A DNA stretch of 64,000 nucleotides. It comes from Halocafeteria seosinensis. Taxonomy: Eukaryota. The stretch spans positions 1 through 64,000 of the forward strand of contig LVLI01000696.1 of assembly GCA_001687465.1 (NCBI GenBank), written 5' to 3'. Both the position numbers and the translations under genes were made by a program. The notes beneath the pieces were generated by a model, which saw only the letters and a program-made list of their open reading frames with translations, was not told the origin of the DNA and searched no databases. Positions 24,874-33,828 of the stretch are shown piece after piece; position 1 is the first letter of the stretch; the number at the start of each line of letters is the position of its first letter.

Positions 24874-26492
24874 ATGGAGATCCGGAGACAAGATGCGGTG
24901 GATGAGGCCCAGCGGTTGGAGGAATCCTCCAATCAATGGGAGTCATACGACTCCAGAGAGGATTTCGAGCTGCGCAATCTTGTCTTGCTACTGCTGAGAG
25001 GCGAAGAAGAGACCTTTGAAATCCAAGGTAGACCAGGAAGAGGCCTCTTCTTTGAGAAGTACGGGTGGGCTCTCAAACTGAACTCGTACCACTGACACAA
25101 GTTTGGTTTGTCCCTGTGTGGTGTTCTGGCGCTGAACACACGAATAACTAAGCTAGAGGTGGGAGGTGGGGACAGGAACGGATCGGGCCTCGAATATGCT
25201 AGCCAAATTGCTGCAGCGTTGCGTTGGAATTCATCCATCAAGTTCTTTACGTTGCAGATGCCGACGCTTCGAGCGAACGCTACATCCGTCGTTCTTCGAG
25301 CGCTGGGAGATTGTCGTACTCGTCTCCAACGAGTAAGAATACATACCAGTGGCAACGACGAAGATAAGTCTACGGATGAAGAAGTGAATAACTCCTTGGC
25401 AAATTTTATCGGGGGTGAAGGCAGCATTGTGGAGAGCCTCGTGCTTGACATTAGTGGAAGGTTTCGTTCTGATGGGGCCAAAGCGATTGCCCGCTCTTTG
25501 CCGTACAATCACTCGCTGCAGCACCTTAGCCTCAGTAAGCAAGGATTAGGAAATGAAGGAGCTTCTGAAATAGCTATGACCCTCCCCGAGTGTAATTTGA
25601 AGGTACTAAATCTGTCCCAAAACTCAATAGGAGAAGAAGGGGCTCGCTTTCTTGCTCAGGCTTTGGAAATAATCGCTCGCTGGTTGAACTTTCACTTCAG
25701 GCGAATTGGCTTGAGGATGGAGGTGGTAAAGCCATTGCAGAGGCTCTCCAAGTGAACCAATCCTTACGCCTACTAAACTTGGACAGTTGCAAAATCAGAG
25801 AAGGCGGAGCGCGAGCGCTTGGCAAAGCCTTGATGTGCAACCATCGAATTACCTCCGTAGTGATTAGTGGGAGCAGTCTTGCCGATGGGGCGGAAGCGCT
25901 TGGACAAGGTCTAGAAGAGAATAAAGGATTAGTAGAGTTGGGCCTCGAAGGATGCAGTATCTTTGAGGGAGGAACAATGGCGCTTGGAAGAGCTGTGGCC
26001 ATTCATCCTCGTCTCAAGCTCTTGCGTTTAAGAGGGAACGCGATCGGTAAGACAGGGGCACAGGTGCTTCGCCAGTACCTAGATGCTAGAGAGGAAGCTG
26101 GTTTACCATCTTGTTGGGTGTATTACTCTCTCGAGAATGTAAGCGAAGCTCTATTTGTTGCACTGGCACTAGTCAGGTGTTGCTGCTCGTGCTGTCTTTG
26201 TCCGCTCTTCTGGAATGAAGATCTGACTCTTTGCTCGGAAGAAACCGACACATCCCCGGAGAAAGTGCCAGAGGAACAACCTCAACCTCATGGGTGTTGC
26301 CTCGGTTTTTTTGGTCTACTTGGGACAATCAAGGATGCATTTTCGTGTCCTTGTGCACATACACATGATGAGGATGATACCAAAGAAATTGATAGTGTTA
26401 TTCCACTTACTTCAAACGTTGGTCCGTTTTCACGTGAAACGGTTTTGGCTGTGGTCCAGGAAGACGAAGAATACCTTAATACCCTTGAATAA
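24874..26492 (+). pseudogene. RNI-like (NLRC3/RanGAP-type) leucine-rich repeat gene with apparent lesions
   Basis: LRR units such as LQHLSLSKQGLGNEGASEIA and LKVLNLSQNSIGEEGARFLAQAL. One-base frameshift at ~25668 and in-frame TGA at 25093. Confidence 0.65.
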
Positions 26493-28582
26493 AGGTATCT
26501 ACAGTTCCTCAGTATGAGATGGAGATGGGGGCCAAGGTTAATAACCGATTGTTCATCAATTCATCAGTTGAAGCACAATCAAGGGGAGGAGCCAAACAAC
26601 ATACCAGCTGCATATGACGTCTACTGGCGTCTATAGCGTACCTGTCTGTACACTCTACGTAGTCTGCGGTTGAGTACTAAGCCATCCATTATTTATTTTA
26701 TTTTGTCTTGCCATTGAATACACCCCTAATTCAAATCCAGAGTACGTGTAACAAAAGATACACGTACAGATGGTGCATTGTCGAAGTGTAAGAACGTCAA
26801 CTGGTCAAGACTGCGTCCACATAGTATTGTCCAGCATGTCTGAAACACGAAAAATCGGTCTTAAAAAAAGAAGATGTGGCATACCCACGATTGGAACAGG
26901 AATTGTCTCCCATCACGTCAGACGGAAAAAGACCTTTTCCCACCTTCTGGTAATATCAGACAAAATTCCAAACTATGTACGTACTGCAGTAGCTACTAAT
27001 TGGTAAGTGGAACTATCATTATACTACAGTGTATACAATACAATCTATTTGAACTAAATTTGAACTAAATTTGAACTATCGGCGGCTGAATAGACACGAC
27101 CAATCAGACATTCTATAGCAGGATTTTTCCGTACTGAGGCGTGTGGGCGAAGAAGGAACAACCGATAAGCGCAACCAAAAAGAAAGAAAGAAAAAAAAGA
27201 TCTGATGTCGACAGATGTCGAGGTACAATGCAGCCAGAGAATGTATACTGGTACGCGATTGACGTCAAGGTCACTTACCCCTTAGCCCGCTCCGAAATCT
27301 GAAAATGCGGAAGCAGCCCACCTTATTAACTAAATAAAATATGTTCATGAAGAAGTAAAAGAATTATTTGGGCCTGAAGAGGAAAGCAGACTGGAAACTC
27401 ATCATGAGGATGAGAACTCCGGCAAAGGGCAGCAAGTAAATTGCTCCCCCAAGAACACGACTCGTTTAGAGCTCTTTGTTTGAAAACGTTGAAGATCGAG
27501 CTACTGGGCCCCACGAGGAATAATATTTTTAGTATTGGTAATCATTGGAAGCGAAGGACTCGCTTGAGTAGCGAACGGTTTGCAAGCACAATAGCATAAT
27601 GGTCGTCACACATAACCTAACCACATTGGCGCGTCGCTGGACTTGGTGGAGATGGACAGATCGACGAGTTGCTGTTTATGATCTGTTAGCATTGTCTGCA
27701 GTTCGAACGTATGCTATAAAGAAGCGATATCTTTTATATTTTCTGATAGCGGTTTTGCTCTTGCTTTCAAAGTTGTTGTCTCCATTCCAAAACCCCCTCA
27801 CGAGGTCGCTATACCCTCGTACATAGCGCTCGGAGCGCTTGGACATTTCACCACGCTTGGCTTTGTGAGATCTACTTCAATGTTGCTTTCAGGCTCTACA
27901 GTCGCTTCGCTTACACTGAAACCGGTCCATTTGACTCTTAAGTAAAACTTAGTTTCCTCTGAACCTGTCTAGGATTCTGTCTACTTTGAGTTTTAATTCA
28001 CGAAATCTGACTGTCGTTCAGTGCTCGGGATAAAACAAACCTTCGTTTTCCGGCTTCAGGAAAAGCCATTTTATGGTAGTTTTCAAAGCGCTCAGTATCC
28101 TTAACTTGAAGCACAGTATCCACCGGGTAAACGACTCCGACAGTCAAAAGCACGTTGCAGTTTACAGTCCAGCTGAATACACGGTGCTTATGATGTTGTA
28201 TGCTATGGAGCATACCCTGTACGCTACAGGCTGAACAACGTTTTCTTCTCCATTCTGGCTACCAGACCTTTTCTTTCTGTTGGATTTTTGAGGAGCCGGT
28301 AAACTCGGCTACAAGTACGAGATCGGGTTGATAGCTATTGGTAATATTGGAGTATATTAAGCTCCGTTGTCAGCTTATAGCTAAAGAACTAAAAGAAAAG
28401 GGTTTTATTCAAGGAGGAATCTGCAAGCTTTAAGCGTTTGAACTGAAAGCTAAGATAATCAAAGCAAAGAGAAGACAAGAACAAACTCCTCAACCTACTA
28501 TCACAACAAGCTCATCACTATTCCGTTTAACACTCCTTTAATTCAGAAACCAAAGCGAAATCTATTTTTGGACTGTTTCAGC

Positions 28583-28938
28583 ACTGTACGTCGCTCATGG
28601 GAAACGCGAGAGTGATCCCTTCATACGCACGCTAATTCATGGGTTTCGCTGACTTATCGAATTGTGTGGACACATATAAATATCCAAAATGACAATGCAT
28701 TTTAGCAAATCCTTTAAAGAAGTTGTTATTCACACACGCACCTGTGATAGATACCGGTAGTTGTTGTTTGTAAAACGGGAAGCCATTGAAGGACAAACCT
28801 ATCGAATTTTGCATACTGATTTACGTTTCCTCTTCGACAGACCTATCGAAAATCATTCTTTTCAATGCTCAATTGTTGCACAGTCTTTGTCTCAGGAGCT
28901 TGAGATGGGCAGCGGTTGCATTCAGGACCTTCATATAG

Positions 28939-28977
<39 letters not shown>

Positions 28978-29414
28978 GACAAATAGCCGTGACAAATAGC
29001 CCACCGTCGGGGAGTTGACCGCATCCTCTTAATGAGGAGCGGTATGCGCCCGTGTTAAGCAGCGACACTTTCACTCTGGGATGACTTTCAAGCACACGAA
29101 ATCTTCATGGTTACGGTACGTAGGGAGTCCTAATAGGGAGTAGGACGGCTAATACTAGTTTGGTATAATTCCGATATTCTTATTCATCTTGCCGTAGAAG
29201 ACTTGGAAGAGCATCGTTTCCATCAGTGGCTCGTCGCCTTTCGCTGCTGCAGTGCCGCAATGTGGCGACCTCACAAACCAAAAACCCCTATGGGCCGGGA
29301 AGCAACTGGCGTACATGGTTGTACCAGTTCAATCCCCTTCACTGCGTTGTACAAGACGGAAGCTTGCTGTAAAAAAGAGTGTGAGAAGTGTTGTCTGTAT
29401 TTAGCATTGGATTC
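28583..29414 (+). repeat. Right arm of the inverted duplication, interrupted by a 123-bp insertion
   Basis: Reverse complement of 23375-24106. Confidence 0.93.
28940..29074 (-). mobile_element. Short retroposon (SINE or 5'-truncated LINE 3' end) with (TG)n tail and 6-bp target-site duplication TTTCAC
   Basis: Absent from the left arm. TTTCAC at 28940-28945 and 29069-29074; (CA)n to 28974; hairpin ACCGCATCCTC-TTAAT-GAGGAGCGGT. Confidence 0.75.
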
Positions 29415-29430
29415 ACCAGTTGAGTTCAGC

Positions 29431-30576
29431 ATGAGCATCCCTCATCCCTGGATCGATACCACACCAGAAGCACAAGAGCAGCAAAACAGTCACATGAGCC
29501 ACAGCCAGGGCTGGGCAACCATGAGCACACATTATCCAGGATACGTAAATTCTCCCGGTGAAGTTCGCAGCGTTTCGGTCAGCGAAAGCAGCATTCAAAC
29601 GAGTGACAGAACAGGCTCGGCAGAGGAGGATGAGTGGGACCATGCAGGATGTCATTATGCAGCTGAAGTCTTGCAAAACCAACCAGCGGGAGCGGCCGGC
29701 ATCGCCATCAGCGCTAAGTCCACTGGTGTGGCTGCTGCTCAGCCCCGCACTGCAAAACGAACACTGGTCAGGAGGAAAAGAAGGCGAGAAGATAACGAGG
29801 ACTACTATGTAGAGCGGGAATTCAAATTCGGCAAGTACCGTGGACAAAGTGTCGGTAGGGTTGCAAGACAGCATCCTCAATACCTATATCGCTTCCTGTT
29901 GAACAAGGCAAACACGGACTTTGCTAGAACTCACTTTTTCAAGAACGCCTGGAGAGCACTTGCCCTTGAGAAGCAGCGAATGCCTTTCGGTAAATATTGT
30001 AATAAACGGGTTGACACGATTCATGAGTATGATCCCGAGTATACTCAGTGGTTGAAGCAACAGCACGATGGAAAGGAATGCACAGAGTGGCTTCATTTCA
30101 AATTGAAATTCCTCCTTGGAGAAGAAAGCCTCCCCTCCATCGATGATAAATCTGATGAGGTTCCTGATGGAGATTGTGATAGGACGCGAGTTTTTAACTT
30201 CGGGAAGCATCGAGGTCAAAATATTCAAACAGTGGCAGAGGAATATCCCGCATATCTGTACAAATTGCTGATGAACTCCGATGAGGAGTTTTCCAGGACG
30301 AACTTTTACCGAAATGCATGGCGCGTCCTTGCCTTTGGAGAGCAACGAATGCCATTCGGCAAGCACCGAGGCAAAGTCATCGATACTGTCTACCATTACC
30401 AACCTGACTACATCAAGTGGCTGAAGGAGCAACGTGAAGAAGAGAAGAGAGCTGACGACTGGCTTCTCTTCAAGCTGCGGTTCTTATTTGGCGAAGTAAC
30501 CCTACCTACCGTCGAACCTACACCCGAGAGTATACCGGATGAGTGTTCTTCGGACGACAATGCAGAGGATACCTAA
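29431..30576 (+). CDS. Intronless protein with four FGK[YH]xG modules (ExoX-like C-terminal / DUF3820 / QSregVF_b-type)
   Basis: FKFGKYRGQSV...PQYL, MPFGKYCNKRV...DPEYTQWL, FNFGKHRGQNI...PAYL and MPFGKHRGKVI...QPDYIKWL; RRKRRR NLS-like motif. Confidence 0.75.
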   Translation: MSIPHPWIDTTPEAQEQQNSHMSHSQGWATMSTHYPGYVNSPGEVRSVSVSESSIQTSDRTGSAEEDEWDHAGCHYAAEVLQNQPAGAAGIAISAKSTGVAAAQPRTAKRTLVRRKRRREDNEDYYVEREFKFGKYRGQSVGRVARQHPQYLYRFLLNKANTDFARTHFFKNAWRALALEKQRMPFGKYCNKRVDTIHEYDPEYTQWLKQQHDGKECTEWLHFKLKFLLGEESLPSIDDKSDEVPDGDCDRTRVFNFGKHRGQNIQTVAEEYPAYLYKLLMNSDEEFSRTNFYRNAWRVLAFGEQRMPFGKHRGKVIDTVYHYQPDYIKWLKEQREEEKRADDWLLFKLRFLFGEVTLPTVEPTPESIPDECSSDDNAEDT

Positions 30577-30911
30577 CTGTGCAAGGCAGTTAGAAAGTGA
30601 TTACCGCTATTTGCTTTGACATGTGTAGCTATGACCAACAATTATTCTTTGTACATCTAGCAATACGTGTAGGGTAACCACGGCACTTTCAATGCGCACG
30701 CACAAGACGTCGTAAATTAGCATAGTGCTGATTTAAAGTTTTCTAGTGCCACTCCGCAAAATGCAAACATACATACTGTATCCAGTTTCCAGCGAAGGAA
30801 GTATTTGGTAACGCTCGCCTAGCCTTGTGTTCCAAATCCTTTACCCATGTGTACCTTGGCAGCGTGTATTGGTATTGCTCCTACCGGAAGACGTGTCTGC
30901 TACAGGCTACG

Positions 30912-31853
30912 CTACGCCGTGTGAGGGGTGAACCCTATCCGAAACCGGTCCAACATCTTCACGTTGTGGCGCATCAACGTGACTGACAGTTTGGCCGTCA
31001 TTAGCTTGCAGAATTTCCGCATCTCCCTTGTTCCCCAGCGGGAGCCCGGTGCTTTCCGGCGATTCTCTTGAGGAACTTGATTGCGCCTTTCCCGAAACCG
31101 CCCGTCGCCTCCATCGCGAACGGGATAATTTCCGTGTGGTGGTCCCTCAGGTGCCCGTATTTTGTCCGCTTCATCTTCTCCGCTTCTGCAGCGATGGTGA
31201 GGGGTCTTCCCGCTGTCCTGGCTAGTCTGTCTCCCATGAGCGGCTTTGGCACTGTCACATCGACGTACAATGTGCTCGTTGGGCCCTTTGCTGGTCCATT
31301 ACTGGCCTCGCCTCTCCTTCTTTCCGTGGGTCTACGAGCACCTCTCTCTCTCTCTCTCTCTCTCTCCACTGGCATGTGACTCATGCGGATGTAGTTCTCC
31401 AGTTCCACTGCTATCCCGTCATGACGGTGGATCCTTTGCGTGGCGTTACCCCAGTGCGTCGTCGATCGGTCCTTCTCCACAGCATTCACCGGGTGGCCCC
31501 GTAAACAGGTTAGTTTGGGGGAGCCGTAGGCGTAGCCGCAGCGCTACCATGTACTCGGCGTCGGTTAGTGTAAATCCTTTCCTTGGTGCGTATAGCCATG
31601 CTGCTGCTTCGTCCGCTTGGCATGCTGTCAGTAACGCTTTCTGCTGTGGGTTCAACGAGTCCGTGTAGCTACTCTCTGCAACATCTTGCTCAGGTGTTTT
31701 TGTAGCTTCGGTTTATTCCAATAGCCTTCGTAGTTCGCATCCGGGAGTCCGATCGTTTCCTGTAACGCGTTCTGATTCTCCGCGAGCCATGGCGGCGGCT
31801 TCTCGCGATATTGCGCGAGCGGGTCCTGCTCGTCTCCAGCCACTTGTTGGATC
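30912..31853 (-). mobile_element. Degenerate 3' fragment of a non-LTR retrotransposon with restriction-like endonuclease (CRE-like clade)
   Basis: Across frameshifts: AAWLYAP, ALRLRLRLP, RIHRHD, YVDVTV, AEKMKRTKY, IPFAMEATGGFGKGAIKFLK and LSVTLMRHN. No RT core seen. Confidence 0.8.
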
Positions 31854-32640
31854 GTTGGCAGACCGAGTTTTACTGGCCTGGAGAATCAGACTCAGTTGAC
31901 CGGGGTAAGCCAACTAATACGCACCGAGCCGACTAAACTGAGGACTCAGAGTCACTCAGGTAAGGGAAGCGAACTACATTTCCACTTAGCCGGTAGGCCA
32001 CAAATAATACACACTACTCCTAGCGACACTGGCAGACTGTCTTGGGGTGTGGCACTGACCGGTAGAGATAAATCAAGTGCTCTTGAATACGGTCGTACAA
32101 TGCGCATTGTCCAATTTTATAATAAATAAGTACACTTGACCGCGGAATGCGGGACTCCCGCTAAGTGCAGGTCAGTATGTAGGCACAGGCCCTTCCCGCG
32201 AAGTTGAACACCGCAAGCGGTGCGGTCGCATTGAGTATCTCAGGAAACGGGCCACAAGGATGCCTTGCACTCTTTAACCCATCGGGAAAATCTATGATCG
32301 CATAGCAAGCAATGGAAATATGATCGAAAAGTACAACGCAATGCTGGGAAATTGACCCTGTTTCACCTAGGTGCCTCGTTTCAAGTCTTCATCCTTGACA
32401 GATATGTGCGTCCTCCATTGCACGGGGCTTAGCAGTGCAAGAGGTGGCAGCACGAATTTAGCTCATTCACACTCTGTTCATGAAATACATTGGTAATGAT
32501 GTTGTCAAATTATGCGTATACTCGAGGATAGGGGCGCCATCGAGTGATGGATGATCGAGTGTGCAGCAGGATCCTCCCTTTTGGCCCAAGTAGCAAAGCT
32601 ATTTTTCGCCATTCACTAGTGAATACGCCGTATACAGACG

Positions 32641-33806
32641 ATGGTAGGGGTGATACAGGAGTCTATTTCATGCCCCGTGACAACCTTGTTAATACTACTG
32701 AATACGGGGCTCTACCTGTATCAGTGGAACAAGAAAATAGGTGCGTCAGGTTGTCTCCATAGTGGCGAAACGAAGGCTTTATGCACTATATATGGAGACA
32801 TTTGCACTTCCGCCTTGTTGTATGTGTTATACAGCACCGGAATCACTGGCGGTGAGCCTGAAACAAGTGGTGGATGATGGAGAATATTGGAGATTGGTGA
32901 CGGCAGGGTTCACGCATGGCTCAGCCATGCATTTACTGTTTAATATGGCTTCTTTATGGAACATGAAGTTCATTGAATCGAAAGCTTTGGGGAGTCTCGA
33001 GTATCTCAGGGACTCGATTGCCATCCTGGTACGTCGGTAGAGCAAAAAGCGAGGAATTGACGGGCGGGGAATTACCGATTTCTCACTGCAGTTTGTCAGT
33101 AAAGCACTTATGATGCTATTGCACTATTTAGCTAGTAGGAAATTTGGATTTTCCAGGTAAGCTATTTTTCTTTTCTCTCTCTCTCACTCTCTTCTGATAC
33201 AGTAGAGTGGTTCACATATCATGATCGTCGCCGTGACTGGACAGGTTTGACTCTATGATGAGCGTGGGCTATTCGGGTGTGATCTTCGCGTGGATGACAG
33301 TGACCGCCATGTGGAACCCAAGTGGAGAGATTAATGTGTTTGGAAGTTTCAACATCCCTACTACCTTAGCTCCCTTCGGCTCATTACTCTTCACGCAACT
33401 TATTGTTCCGAGGGCATCTTTCACTGGACATCTAGCGGGAATCTTCGCCGGATTTATTGCATCGTTCGGAGCCTTCAGTTGGTTGAACTGGTATTGGATG
33501 ACGGCCCTTGTCGCTACTGTTGGAGCCGTTGCCCTAGTAAGTGCAGTGGCAACCACGTCAGTAAACGTCCCGGGAATTTCGGTAGATCGCGAAATGTGGA
33601 ACCGAAGCTCCCTTAGCGACTTCGTTGTTCCCCGAACGGAGCCCCCAAGAACACGACAAACAGATTGGGGGACTGGACCATCGGGGCGGCCTCTTAGCAT
33701 GGACTCTTCTTCGTTATATGCCCAGTCCGGAGCGGGGGCCAATGCTCCTAGAATGGATCAAATAGAGAGGCAGTATGAACCGTACAGAGATAATCCTCAG
33801 GAGTAG
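32641..33806 (+). CDS. Rhomboid intramembrane serine protease (RHBDD1-like), spliced
   Basis: GEYWRLVTAGFTH, HLLFNM, catalytic GYSG and ASFTGHLAGI. Confidence 0.88.
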
Positions 33807-33828
33807 AAGTTTATTGCGGGATGTTGTG

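Noticed and set aside
25093..25095. Second selenocysteine TGA in the LRR gene
   Set aside because: No redox motif or SECIS seen; better explained as an intron with a damaged acceptor.
27025..28588. Tc1/mariner element bounded by TA-CAGTG...CACTG-TA
   Set aside because: The inverted match does not extend beyond these few bases and there is no transposase.
29203..29430. N-terminal 76 aa of the 457-aa ORF
   Set aside because: Starts at a non-ATG codon within the duplicated segment A, whose other copy has indels; ATG 29431 is the more plausible start.
31853..32099. Solo LTR abutting the CRE-like fragment
   Set aside because: It ends in ...GGTCGTACA but starts CG rather than TG, and there is no matching TSD or second copy.
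32138..32227. Structured RNA (GACCGC/GCGGTC outer stem with two hairpins)
   Set aside because: Stems are short, with no tRNA or ribozyme consensus; needs covariance evidence.
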